Part shown: piece after piece, positions 45,327-54,825 of the stretch | Layout: every line of letters starts with the position of its first letter | Position numbering within the stretch: the stretch's first letter is position 1 | Source: an uncultured Acidobacteriota bacterium | Lineage (GTDB): Bacteria; Acidobacteriota; Polarisedimenticolia; J045 | Length of the DNA: 64,000 nt | Assembly: GCA_963702425.1 (NCBI GenBank) | Contig: CAVPCQ010000010.1 | Coordinates: 1 to 64,000, forward strand | Reading direction: 5' to 3' | The notes under the pieces: model-generated | Databases searched by the model: none | What the model was told of the DNA's origin: nothing | Seen by the model: only the letters and a program-made list of their open reading frames with translations | Made by a program: the position numbers and the translations under genes

Positions 45327-45929
45327 ATGGCGCAGCAGCATCGGGAGATGACCGAGGCGCGGGAGAGCGAGCTCGTCGAGCGTGCGCGACTGGGCGACCG
45401 GGAGGCCTTCGACGAGCTGATGGAGGCGCACCTTCCCCGGGTGTGGCGGGTGGCCTACCGGATCGTCCGCCACGACCAGGACGCCGAGGACGTCGTGCAG
45501 GAGACCTTTCTCGCCGCCTTCCGGACGATTCCCGCCTTCCGGCACGAGGCCAAACTCTCGACCTGGCTGACCCGGATCGCGACCAGCCGCGCGCTCAACC
45601 ACCTCGATCGGGCGGCCGAGCGGGTCCGCCGGGCCAGCCGGCCGATCGACCTGCGGCCGTCCGAGCTGGAGCTCGGCGTGCCGGAGCCGGTCGCGACCGG
45701 CCCGAGCCCGCTCCAGGAGCTGGAGCGCAAGGAGCTCGCGGCCCGTCTGGTCGAATGCCTGGAGCGGCTGCCCGGGCCGTGGCGCTCGGTCCTCGCCCTG
45801 CGCGAGGGGGAGGGGCTGAGCTACGAGGAGATCGCCGAGACGATGGACCTGAACCTCGGCACCGTCCGCTCGCGCCTGGCACGGGCGCGCGTCGCGCTGC
45901 GCGATTGCATCGAGGGGAGGTCGGGATGA
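45327..45929 (+). CDS. ECF RNA polymerase sigma factor
   Basis: GDREAFDEL, DAEDVVQETF, STWLTRIA, EGLSYEEIAE..GTVRSRLARAR. Confidence 0.93.
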   Translation: MAQQHREMTEARESELVERARLGDREAFDELMEAHLPRVWRVAYRIVRHDQDAEDVVQETFLAAFRTIPAFRHEAKLSTWLTRIATSRALNHLDRAAERVRRASRPIDLRPSELELGVPEPVATGPSPLQELERKELAARLVECLERLPGPWRSVLALREGEGLSYEEIAETMDLNLGTVRSRLARARVALRDCIEGRSG

Positions 45930-47413
45930 GCAGCCACCAAGACCGGCACCCCGACGAGATGATCTCCGCGCTCTTCGACGGCGAGCTGGCGCCCGAGGAG
46001 TGGACCGCCGTCAAGGAGCACCTCGAGCAGTGCCCGCGCTGCCAGCGGCTGCTCGAGGAGATCAAATCGATCTCGGCCGCGCTGCCGGAGGATCCGCCGG
46101 TGCCCGACGGCCTCGCCGCGCGGGTCCGGGAGCGGCTGCCGGCGGGGACCGGGCGCCAGCGCGTCGCGCCGCCGCGCCGCGAGACGGTCCCCTTCAGGCC
46201 GGCGCGCCGGCGCATCACCTTCCCGCTCGCGGCCGGGGCCGGGCTGGCGGCGACACTGATCGTCGGGGCGCTCCTGGTGCAGTACCTTCCGGCGAACCTC
46301 TGGTCGCGCCTGCCCCTGCCGCCCCGGGGGGCCGAGGAGGGCGCGCCGGGCGCCTTCGGCGACCAGGCCGGAAGCGGGCGGGAGGAGCGATCCGCCGCCG
46401 CGGAGAACGCTCCGGCCAAGGAACAGGCTGGCGAGCCGGGGAGTGGGCCCGGCGTCGCTGCGGCTCCCGCTGGCGGCACCGCGACCGCCGAAGCCGATCT
46501 CGCGGCGGCCTCGAAGCTCGACGAGATGGCGCAGCGTCCGGCGGATGCGGAAGGGGCCGCGGCGCCGAGCGGGATCGGATCGCCGGCTGCGACATCGACC
46601 GACTTCGCCGCCGCGGGGGAGCGCCCCGGGTTCGCGCCCGGGCAGGAGCTGCCGGTCACCGTCCCGGAGGAGGCCGACGAACCGTCGCGCACGGCCCAGG
46701 AGATCGCGCTCGACCCGGTCAACCAGGCGGCCGCGGGAGAGGCTGCGCCGGGGGCACCGGTGGGGGCGTCGTCGGGGGCGTCGTCGGGGGCGTCGCCGGG
46801 GGAATGCCCGGAGCGACCGGTCGAGGACGGCACCGCAACCGCCGCCGACGGGCAACCGGCGCTCGCCAAGGACGACAAGGCGCGAGGCCAGCGCGAGGAT
46901 GCAGCGTCGGCGCTCGAGCGGGCGAAGTCCGCCCCGACGGCCGCGCCGCCGGCGGCGAAGATCGAACGGCTCGGCGATCGCGTGGCCGAGGCCGTCGCAG
47001 TCCCCTCCGCGGCCAGCGTTGCCGAGTGCCGCGCCACCTGGGGGGCGCCGCGGCAGGCGAGCTGGCCGGTCACGGCGGGGCGCCATCCCGAGCGAGCGGT
47101 GGGTGGCGCGGGGAAGGCTTCGGGCGGGAAGTCGGTCGTTCAGGAAAGCCCGCGCCGCATCCGGGTCACGGTGACACGCGAGCGCTGGCCCGAGCTGATG
47201 CAGCGGCTCGCGGCGGCCGGCGTGACCGGGACCGCTCAGCTACCCGCACCCCCCGAGTGGGCGGACTGCGCGGCGGTCAACGTCTCGCTCCCCGAACCCC
47301 CGGCCACGCCGCCTTCCCCCGTGCCGCCGTCCCCGGAAACACCTCCGCCCCGCCGCCCGCGTCCTGACGCGGACCGCGCGACGTCGTCCCGGCACACCGC
47401 GCGATGCGGCTGA
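45926..47413 (+). CDS. Zinc-finger (zf-HC2) anti-sigma factor with TM helix and long extracytoplasmic tail
   Basis: ISALFDGEL..HLEQCPRC (HxxxCxxC), one TM (AGLAATLIVGALLV); ATGA coupling to the sigma gene. 3' end uncertain. Confidence 0.8.
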   Translation: MSSHQDRHPDEMISALFDGELAPEEWTAVKEHLEQCPRCQRLLEEIKSISAALPEDPPVPDGLAARVRERLPAGTGRQRVAPPRRETVPFRPARRRITFPLAAGAGLAATLIVGALLVQYLPANLWSRLPLPPRGAEEGAPGAFGDQAGSGREERSAAAENAPAKEQAGEPGSGPGVAAAPAGGTATAEADLAAASKLDEMAQRPADAEGAAAPSGIGSPAATSTDFAAAGERPGFAPGQELPVTVPEEADEPSRTAQEIALDPVNQAAAGEAAPGAPVGASSGASSGASPGECPERPVEDGTATAADGQPALAKDDKARGQREDAASALERAKSAPTAAPPAAKIERLGDRVAEAVAVPSAASVAECRATWGAPRQASWPVTAGRHPERAVGGAGKASGGKSVVQESPRRIRVTVTRERWPELMQRLAAAGVTGTAQLPAPPEWADCAAVNVSLPEPPATPPSPVPPSPETPPPRRPRPDADRATSSRHTARCG

Positions 47414-47980
47414 CCGACCTGCTCCTCCTCGCGATCGGCCTCGCGATGGACGCCTTCGCGGTCGCGGTCTCGTGCGGCTTCGCCTTCCCCCGCCGCGAGC
47501 ACTGGGGCGCGCTGCGGATCGCGCTCTCGTTCGGGCTGTTCCAGGCGGCCATGCCGATCCTGGGCTGGGCCGCGGGCCTGTCGGTGCGGCACCAGATCGA
47601 GGCCTGGGACCACTGGCTGGCCTGCGCGCTGCTGACGGTGATCGGCATCAAGATGATCCGCGAAGCGCTCGCCTCCTGGCGGCAGGAATCCGCGATGGAG
47701 CTGCCCGACGCCGTCACGCTGCTCGGGCTGTCGGTGGCGACCAGCATCGACGCGCTCGCGGTCGGCCTGTCGCTGTCGTTCCTGCAGGTCGAGATCGCGA
47801 CCCCGGCGCTGGTCATCGGGATCGTCACCTTCGTCATGTCGTTCGCGGGGATCGTGCTGGGGTTCGAGCTCGAACACCGCCTGCGGGGGCGCTGGCGGCG
47901 CAACATCCAGGTCGCCGGCGGCGCTGATCCTGATCGCGATCGGGATCCGGATCGTGCTGGAGCACACGCTGGGCCCCTGA
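47404..47980 (+). CDS. mntP: Manganese efflux pump MntP family (frameshift near 47920)
   Basis: AIGLAMDAFAVAV, FGLFQAAMP, SVATSIDALAVG; true C-terminus LILIAIGIRIVLEHTLGP* ends at 47980 in a shifted frame. Confidence 0.88.
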
Positions 47981-48057
47981 TCGGGACGGGACTGCCCCGC
48001 GGCTCCCGGTCCGGCATAATCCTCGCACCTGTCGCCTTTCTCCCTCCAGGAGGCTCC

Positions 48058-49590
48058 ATGGAACGCGTACTTCGTCCGGGGCACCCCGCCCTCGCGCTCG
48101 TCCTCGCCGCCGTGCTGCTGCTCACCGTCCCGCCGGCCGCCGCGCAGGACCTGGCGTCCTTCGAGCGGCGCCTCACCGAGCACCGACTGCCGAACGGCCT
48201 GACCTTCCTGATCTACGAACGCCCCGGCGCGCCGGTCGTGTCGTTCTACACCCACGTCAACGTCGGCGCGGCGCAGGAGGTGCCGGGCATCACCGGCATC
48301 GCCCACATGTTCGAGCACATGGCCTTCAAGGGGACGACGGTCATCGGGACGACCGACTGGCCCGCCGAGAACGCCGCGCTCGAGAAGGTCGAAGCCGCGT
48401 GGGACGCGCTCTACGCCGAGCGGACGAAGATCGGCGGCGGCGACCCGGCGAAGTTGAAGGAGCTGGAGAAGGCCTTCAAGGACGCGCAGGAGGCGGCGGA
48501 CAAGTACATCGTCAAGAACCAGTTCGGCGACATCATCGACCGCCAGGGCGGGACCGGCATGAACGCCTCCACCGGTTCCGACCAGACGAACTACTTCTAC
48601 TCGCTGCCGGCCAACAAGGTCGAGCTGTGGGCTTACCTCGAGTCCGAACGCTTCCTCGACCCCGTGTTCCGCGAGTTCTACAAGGAACGCGACGTCGTGA
48701 TGGAAGAGCGGCGGCTGCGGACAGAGAGCCAGCCGACGGGCCGGCTGATGGAGCAGTTCCTGGCGACGGCCTACGTCGCGCACCCCTACAAGCAGCCGGT
48801 CGTCGGCTACATGAGCGACCTGCAGTCGTTCTCGGCGACCGACGCGAAGGCGTTCTACGCGAAGTACTACGTCCCCTCGAACATCGTGATCGCGATCGTC
48901 GGCGACGTGAAGGCCAAGGAGCTCATCCCGGTCCTCGACCGCTACTTCGGGCGCCTGCCGAAGGGTGAGACTCCGCCCCCGCTGCGGACGGTGGAGCCCA
49001 AGGCGATCGCCGAGAAGCAGGTGCTCAAGACGGACAAGTCGCAGCCGATCTACATGGAGGGCTACCACCGCGCTGCGGTGACCAGCCCCGAGGACGCAAC
49101 CTACCAGGCCCTCGCCGAGGTCCTCGGCACCGGCCGCACCTCCCGCCTCTACCGCAGCCTGGTGCGCGACCAGAAGGTCGCCGTGCAGGCCACCGTCTTC
49201 CCGTCGTTCCCGGGCGGCAAGTATCCCTCGCTGATGGTCTTCTTCGGGATCCCGGCCCCCGGCCGCACGAACGAGGAGGTCCAGGCCGCGATTCGCGCGC
49301 AGATCGAGAAAATCAGGAACGAGCCGGTGACCGACGAGGAGCTGGCAATGGTCAAGTCGCGGGCCAAGGCGTCGCTGGTGCGCGGCCTGCAGAGCAACAT
49401 GGGGATCGCGCGGCAGCTCGGCGCCGCCCAGACGATCTACGGCGACTGGCGCGAGATGTTCACCGGCGTGACCGAGATCGACGCGGTGACCAAGGAGGAC
49501 ATCCAGCGCGTCGCGAAGGCGACCTTCGTGCCCGACAACCGGACCGTCGCGATGATCGTCAACGAAGACGCCAAGTCGGCGAAGAACTGA
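48058..49590 (+). CDS. M16 family zinc peptidase, catalytic subunit
   Basis: Signal peptide, LPNGL, GIAHMFEHMAFKG (HxxEH), NASTG, ERDVVMEERR; CATAAT -10-like box and AGGAGG RBS upstream. Confidence 0.92.
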   Translation: MERVLRPGHPALALVLAAVLLLTVPPAAAQDLASFERRLTEHRLPNGLTFLIYERPGAPVVSFYTHVNVGAAQEVPGITGIAHMFEHMAFKGTTVIGTTDWPAENAALEKVEAAWDALYAERTKIGGGDPAKLKELEKAFKDAQEAADKYIVKNQFGDIIDRQGGTGMNASTGSDQTNYFYSLPANKVELWAYLESERFLDPVFREFYKERDVVMEERRLRTESQPTGRLMEQFLATAYVAHPYKQPVVGYMSDLQSFSATDAKAFYAKYYVPSNIVIAIVGDVKAKELIPVLDRYFGRLPKGETPPPLRTVEPKAIAEKQVLKTDKSQPIYMEGYHRAAVTSPEDATYQALAEVLGTGRTSRLYRSLVRDQKVAVQATVFPSFPGGKYPSLMVFFGIPAPGRTNEEVQAAIRAQIEKIRNEPVTDEELAMVKSRAKASLVRGLQSNMGIARQLGAAQTIYGDWREMFTGVTEIDAVTKEDIQRVAKATFVPDNRTVAMIVNEDAKSAKN

Positions 49591-49603
49591 GGAGCGGACG
49601 ACG

Positions 49604-51754
49604 ATGAGACTCATCACCCTGCCGACCGTCCCCCTGTTGAAGCTCGCAGCCGCGCTCCTGCTCGCCGCGGCCACGATCGCGCCCGCCGCCGCCCAGGCCA
49701 AGGCCTGGTCGGACATCCAGTACCCGCCGCTGCCGGCCTTCCCGATCCCCAAGCCGCAGGTCGTCGACCTGCCCAACGGGATGAAGGTCTTCCTGCTCGA
49801 GGACCGCGAGCTGCCGCTGATCTCCGTCACCGCCCTGGTCCGCGCCGGCTCCAACTGGGAGCCGGCCGACAAGACCGGCCTCGCGTTCCTGACCGGCTCG
49901 GTGCAGCGCACCGGCGGGACCGCGACGATGACCGGCGACCAGATCGACGACTTCCTGGCCGCCCGTGCGGCATCGGTCGAGACCTTCATCGGCGACGACG
50001 CGGGCAGCGCCTCGATGGACTGCCTGAAGCAGGACTTCGACGCCGTGCTGCCGGTCTACGCCGACGTGCTGCGCCGGCCGGCCTTCGCGCAGGACAAGCT
50101 CGACGTCGCCAGGGTCCAGGCCAACGCCGGGATCGCGCGCCGCAACGACAACGTCGGCGGGATCACGAACCGCGAGATCACGAAGCTGGTCTACGGCGCC
50201 GACTCGCCGCTGGCCCGGCAGACGGAGTACGCGACGATCGCCGCGATCACGCGCGACGACCTGGTCGCGTTCCACGGGAAGTACTACCACCCGAACAACG
50301 TCTACCTCGGCGTCGTCGGCGACTTCGACGCCCGGGAGATGCTCGCGAAGCTGCAGCAGGCGTTCGGCGACTGGCCGAAGGGGCCGGCCTTCGACGGCGG
50401 CCCGGTACCGTACCGCAAGACCCCGAACCCGGGCCTCTACTTCGTCGAGAAGAGCGACGTCAACCAAGCGAACATCGTGCTGGCCGAGCTGGGGATCGAG
50501 CAGAAGAACCCGGACTACTTCGCGGTCGAGGTGATGAACGAGGCCTTCGGCGGCGGCTTCTCGGCGCGGCTGTTCTCCAACGTGCGCTCGAAGAAGGGTC
50601 TGGCCTACAGCGTGCGCGGCGGGCTGGGCTCGGACTTCCTCTACCCGGGGCTGTTCCAGGCCGGTCTTCAGACCGCGTCGTCGAACATGTCCCGCGCGAT
50701 CGACGCGATGAAGTTCGAGATCAACGACCTGATCGCCAACCCGCCCAGCGACGACGAGATCCGGCGCGCCAAGGAGTCGATCCTGAACTCCTTCATCTTC
50801 AACTACGACTCGCGCCGCAAGATTCTCGGGCAGCAGATGAACTACGCCTTCTACGGCCTGCCGGCTGACTACCTCGAGAGCTACCGCGCCAACATCGAGA
50901 AAGTCACGCGCGAGGACGTGGCGCGGGTGGCGAAGACGTACGTCAAGCCCGAGCAGTTGGCGGTGCTGGTCGTCGGCAAGGCGGCCGACTTCGACAAGCC
51001 GCTGGCCGAGCTGGGGCCGGTGACGACGCTGGACATCACGATCCCGCCGCCGCCGGTCAAGGGGCCAAAGGTCGAGAAGACCGCCGCGTCGCTGGCCGAG
51101 GGGCGCGCAGTATGGCAGCGCGCGGTAAAGTCGATGACCGGCGGCAAGCCGTTCGCGCCGGCGGCGATCGAGAGCGTGGCGACGATCGCCCTGACGCAGC
51201 CGATGCCGATGACGATCAAGCAGACCTCGCTGGCGGTTTTCCCGGACCGCCGGCGCACGGTGCAGGCCCTCCCGATGGGCGAACAGGTGATCGTCCTCGA
51301 CGGCGCCGGCGGCTTCATGCAGATGGGGCCGCGCTCGATGCCGCTCGCAGGCGAGCAGCTCGAGCGCAGCACGAAGGAGTTCGCGCGGCAGCTGACGACG
51401 CTCCTGCGCTACGCCGCCGACCCGGGGCTGGAGGCGGTCTCGGTCGGGAAGGAAACCGTCGACGGGGTGGCGGCCGACGTGGTCGCGATCGCGTTCCGCG
51501 GGGCGGAGACGCGGCTCACGATCGCCGCGGACGGCCGCGTGCTCAAGCAATCGCACACGGCGACCAACCCGGCGACGCGGGCTCCGGGCCAGGCTGAGAT
51601 CGTCTTCTCCGACTGGCGGGAGGCCGGCGGCGTGAAGCTGCCGTACAGGCAGTCGACGCGCTTCGACGGCCAGGAGGTCGCGGCGACGACGGTCGAGTCG
51701 ATCACGCTCGACCCGAAGGTCGATCCGGCGCTGTTCGCGAAGCCGGCGGCGTAA
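49604..51754 (+). CDS. M16 family peptidase, non-catalytic partner with extra C-terminal domain
   Basis: LPNGMKVFLLED.ELP, no HxxEH, GGGFSARLFSNVRSKKGLAY; about 230-aa extension after TLDITIPPP. Confidence 0.88.
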   Translation: MRLITLPTVPLLKLAAALLLAAATIAPAAAQAKAWSDIQYPPLPAFPIPKPQVVDLPNGMKVFLLEDRELPLISVTALVRAGSNWEPADKTGLAFLTGSVQRTGGTATMTGDQIDDFLAARAASVETFIGDDAGSASMDCLKQDFDAVLPVYADVLRRPAFAQDKLDVARVQANAGIARRNDNVGGITNREITKLVYGADSPLARQTEYATIAAITRDDLVAFHGKYYHPNNVYLGVVGDFDAREMLAKLQQAFGDWPKGPAFDGGPVPYRKTPNPGLYFVEKSDVNQANIVLAELGIEQKNPDYFAVEVMNEAFGGGFSARLFSNVRSKKGLAYSVRGGLGSDFLYPGLFQAGLQTASSNMSRAIDAMKFEINDLIANPPSDDEIRRAKESILNSFIFNYDSRRKILGQQMNYAFYGLPADYLESYRANIEKVTREDVARVAKTYVKPEQLAVLVVGKAADFDKPLAELGPVTTLDITIPPPPVKGPKVEKTAASLAEGRAVWQRAVKSMTGGKPFAPAAIESVATIALTQPMPMTIKQTSLAVFPDRRRTVQALPMGEQVIVLDGAGGFMQMGPRSMPLAGEQLERSTKEFARQLTTLLRYAADPGLEAVSVGKETVDGVAADVVAIAFRGAETRLTIAADGRVLKQSHTATNPATRAPGQAEIVFSDWREAGGVKLPYRQSTRFDGQEVAATTVESITLDPKVDPALFAKPAA

Positions 51755-51782
51755 CGGGCGCGCGGCGGGACGCGACGGCGGC

Positions 51783-51896
51783 GTAGGGGCCGGCCTCCGT
51801 GCCGGCCCGCCCTGCGCATCGAGGAAACGGGCCGCCACAGAGGGCGGCCCCTACGGCCGCTGCGCGAACGGTAGGGGCCGGCCTCCGTGCCGGCCC
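51783..51896. repeat. Cluster of three GTAG-type REP elements (direct-inverted-direct)
   Basis: GTAGGGGCCGGCCTCCGTGCCGGCCC at 51783-51808 and 51871-51896; inverted variant at 51829-51854; lies between convergent genes. Confidence 0.88.
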
Positions 51897-51906
51897 GCCG
51901 GACAGC

Positions 51907-54651
51907 CTATCGGGCCGGCGTCTTCGCCTCGAGTTCCGCGTGCCAGTCGAGCACGACGTCGATGTGATCCTGCGAGCGGTCGGGGACGGACTGCTGGATC
52001 CGTAGGAAGCGGCGCCCGTCGGGCGACACGTCAAACGGCGTGTTGGCGTTGCTGCCCCGCCGGAACTGCCCTTCGAAGAGGACGCGGGGTTCCCCCCACG
52101 GGGCCCCTGGACCAGCCGGAGCGTCCATCGCCAGGAACTGGTTGCCGCTGACGAAGAACAGCTCGCGCCCGTCGCGCGACCAGCGCGGCTCCGAGCCGCC
52201 ACCGCTCGACAGCAGCTTGCTGGGACCGGGACCCGGGTACGGCTGGACGTAGAGCTCGTTCTGCCCCGATGCGGCGGAGACGGAGGCGAGCCAGCGGCCG
52301 TCGGGCGAGACCTGGGCTCCCGCCTGGGGCGATCCGGGCTGGCCCAGGGGCTGCGGCGTCCGGTCTCCCGAGAGCCGGATTTTCCAGATCGTGATCGCGC
52401 CCTTCGCCTCGCCGGCGACGTCGTGGAACACGAGCCACTGCCCGTCGGGAGAGACCGCAGTCGGGGTCTCCGTCACGCCCCGGCCGGCCGTCAGCGGCTG
52501 CTCGTCGCCGGTTCCGTCGGCCGCCTTCCAGTAGACGGTGCGGGTGCCCTTTCGCGTCGCCCGGTAGGCGACCCTGCTGCCGTCCGTGGTCCAGACCGGG
52601 GCCTGGCTGCTGCCGCCGGTCGTGACCAGCGGGGTCATGGTGTGGCGCGCGAAGTCGAAAATCCAGAGGCCGACCGTTCCTTCCGAGACTTGGACCACGG
52701 CCCGCTGGCCGTCCGGCGCGATCGCGACGGCCTCGTAGTCCCGCTCCGGGAACGGCAGGGGCTCCACCTTCCCGTCCCGATCGACCCAGACCAGACGATA
52801 CGAATAGCGCGTCGGCCCGCCCTCCAGGTACGCGAGCGTCCCGCCGTCCGACACCGCGTACGCAGCCGCGCCCTCGTTCTCCAGGCGCGGGTACTCCGAG
52901 AGCGTCACGGGTGCGGCGCTCCCGACGTCGGGCTGACCCGGGTGCCAGGGGACCGCATACAGCGAATCCTGCCGGGCGTAGAGCAGGAAGCCGGAGGGCA
53001 GGTAGCACGGCGTGTCTCCGCCCGGAACGAGGACGTGCCGCTCGCCGGTCTCGAGCGACTGCACCACGATCTGGCGCTCGTCCTTTCCCGGGCCGGTCCA
53101 GATCGTGAAGAGCAGCATCCGCGCGTCCGGCAGGACGTGCGGCCAGCGGTGGCTGATCTCGCCCTTTGCGCGATCGACGCGGGTCAGCTCCTTCGGCGTC
53201 CCGCCGGAGGCCGGGACGACCGACAGCCCGGAGCTGTTGCTGGGCGCGAAGTAGATGTTGCCGTCGCTGCCCCAGCTGCCCCCGCGCGATTCGGCGGCGT
53301 TGTCGCAGATCACCTGCAGCCCCGCGCCGCCGACCGCGACCCGCTTCAGCGCGCCCTGCGCGAAGAACGCGATCCACTGCCCGTCGGGTGAGAAGAACGG
53401 CGTGGCGGCCCCCTCGGTGCCGGCCACCGCGACCGGCTCGCGTTCGGAGAGGTTGCGCAGGAAGAGCTGGCGCTTTCCCTCGCGGAGGCCGACGTACGCG
53501 AGCAGCCGGCCGTCGGGCGAGAGGGCCAGCGGCAGCCGGTTGGTCTCGGTCAGGAGGTCCCCTTCCGGCAGCACGATCGAGAGCCGGGTGACCTCGCCCG
53601 CGCCGCCCGCACCCGCAGCCGCCCGATGGGACGGGCCGGCCCCGCTGCGCCGCCCCACGGCCCACGCGCCGACGCAGGCCGCGAGCAGCAGCAGCGTCAC
53701 CAGCCCCGCCCACTTCCACGAGGTCTTCCGGTTCTCCGGCGCGAAGGGTGCGGTGAAGGCCACCGAGTTCTCGGAAGCGCTCGACACGTTCTCGAGCGCA
53801 AAGGCGACGTCGTGGGCCGAGCGGAAGCGCTGGTCGGGGCTCTTCTCCAGGCAGTGGTGCACGATCCGCTCGAGGCCCGCGGGAATCGACCGGCCCGTCG
53901 TCGTCTCGAGCTCCGGCGGGTCGTCGCGCAGGATCGCCGCCAGCGTCTCGGTGGCGCTGCCCCGCGCGAAGGCGCGCGTCCCCGTCAGCATCTCGAACAG
54001 GACCGCGCCGAACGAGAACAGGTCGCTCCGCGCGTCGACGCTCTCGCCGCGCACCTGCTCCGGGCTCATGTAGCCGACCGTACCGAGAATCGTCCCGCGC
54101 TCGGTCGAGCCCGCCTCGCTCGAGGGGAGCACCTCGGTCTCCAGCAGCGAGTTCGGCGCGGACTCCTGGCGCAGGAGCTGCTTGGCGAGCCCGAAGTCGA
54201 GGATCTTGAGCCGTCCGTCCTTCGTCACCCAGAGGTTGTCCGGCTTGAGGTCGCGGTGGACGACCCCCTTCTCGTGCGCCGCCGCGAGGCCCCGCGCCGC
54301 CTGGACCGCCAACTCGATCGCTTTGCGCGGCGGAAGCGGTCCCTGCTCCAGGCGGATCCGCAGGCTCTCCCCCTCCAGCAGCTCCATCACCGCGTAGACG
54401 ACGCCGTCCTGCGTGCCGATGTCGTGGAGGGCCATGATGTTCGGGTGGTTCAGCGCGGCCACCGCCCGTGCTTCACGCTCGAAGCGGGCGAGCAGCTCGG
54501 CGTCCTTCGACAGCCGCGCGGGGAGCACCTTCACCGCGACGAAGCGGTCGAGCCGCGTGTCCTTCGCCTTCCAGACCTCGCCCATCCCGCCCGCGCCGAG
54601 CGGCGAAACGATCTCGTAAGGGCCGAGCTTCGTGCCGGGGACGAGGGTCAT
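51907..54651 (-). CDS. Hanks-type Ser/Thr kinase with TM helix and TolB-like beta-propeller
   Basis: LGAGGMGEVWKA, VAVKVL, HRDLKPDN, ILDFGLAK, GYMSPEQ; SPDG repeats in the C-terminal half. Confidence 0.93.
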   Translation of the reverse strand: MTLVPGTKLGPYEIVSPLGAGGMGEVWKAKDTRLDRFVAVKVLPARLSKDAELLARFEREARAVAALNHPNIMALHDIGTQDGVVYAVMELLEGESLRIRLEQGPLPPRKAIELAVQAARGLAAAHEKGVVHRDLKPDNLWVTKDGRLKILDFGLAKQLLRQESAPNSLLETEVLPSSEAGSTERGTILGTVGYMSPEQVRGESVDARSDLFSFGAVLFEMLTGTRAFARGSATETLAAILRDDPPELETTTGRSIPAGLERIVHHCLEKSPDQRFRSAHDVAFALENVSSASENSVAFTAPFAPENRKTSWKWAGLVTLLLLAACVGAWAVGRRSGAGPSHRAAAGAGGAGEVTRLSIVLPEGDLLTETNRLPLALSPDGRLLAYVGLREGKRQLFLRNLSEREPVAVAGTEGAATPFFSPDGQWIAFFAQGALKRVAVGGAGLQVICDNAAESRGGSWGSDGNIYFAPSNSSGLSVVPASGGTPKELTRVDRAKGEISHRWPHVLPDARMLLFTIWTGPGKDERQIVVQSLETGERHVLVPGGDTPCYLPSGFLLYARQDSLYAVPWHPGQPDVGSAAPVTLSEYPRLENEGAAAYAVSDGGTLAYLEGGPTRYSYRLVWVDRDGKVEPLPFPERDYEAVAIAPDGQRAVVQVSEGTVGLWIFDFARHTMTPLVTTGGSSQAPVWTTDGSRVAYRATRKGTRTVYWKAADGTGDEQPLTAGRGVTETPTAVSPDGQWLVFHDVAGEAKGAITIWKIRLSGDRTPQPLGQPGSPQAGAQVSPDGRWLASVSAASGQNELYVQPYPGPGPSKLLSSGGGSEPRWSRDGRELFFVSGNQFLAMDAPAGPGAPWGEPRVLFEGQFRRGSNANTPFDVSPDGRRFLRIQQSVPDRSQDHIDVVLDWHAELEAKTPAR

Positions 54652-54733
54652 CCGTGCTCCGTCCTGCGCGGCGGGCCGGACCCGCTCCGCCGGGTCGGTG
54701 AGATTAGCACCGGTCCGCGCGTCCGGGTGTACG

Positions 54734-54825
54734 ATGGCTCCGGTTGCCACTGCGGGACGGATTGCGCCACACGACCCGGTCGCGCCAACCCCCGCGCGCT
54801 ACGCTCCCCCGGAGGAGTGTCCCCG
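54734..54825 (+). repeat. Conserved Uma2 leader, copy 3
   Basis: Colinear with copies 1 and 2; overlaps GTGTACGAT; uORF stop TGA replaced by TGT. Confidence 0.75.

Noticed and set aside
43287-45602. Apparent aminotransferase-LON fusion (771 aa)
   Set aside because: Produced by frameshifts in the aminotransferase, which has its own stop at 43985; the LON-N gene starts at 43976.
46760-46801. Short tandem repeat gggggcgtcgtc x3 in the anti-sigma gene
   Set aside because: 12-bp in-frame unit encoding GASS in a low-complexity linker; no frame-switching potential.
47404-49590. Apparent MntP-M16 peptidase fusion (728 aa)
   Set aside because: A frameshift near 47920 bypasses the mntP stop at 47980; the peptidase has its own -10-like box, RBS and signal peptide.
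51783-51896. Repeat cluster as a mini CRISPR array
   Set aside because: Repeats alternate in orientation, spacers are only 16-20 bp, no cas genes are present, and copies are dispersed; this fits REPs.
54742-54790. Uma2 leader hairpin as an integron attC site
   Set aside because: Order is GTT...AAC rather than RYYYAAC...GTTRRRY, the AAC end is not kept in the other copies, it lies upstream of the gene, and no integrase is present.
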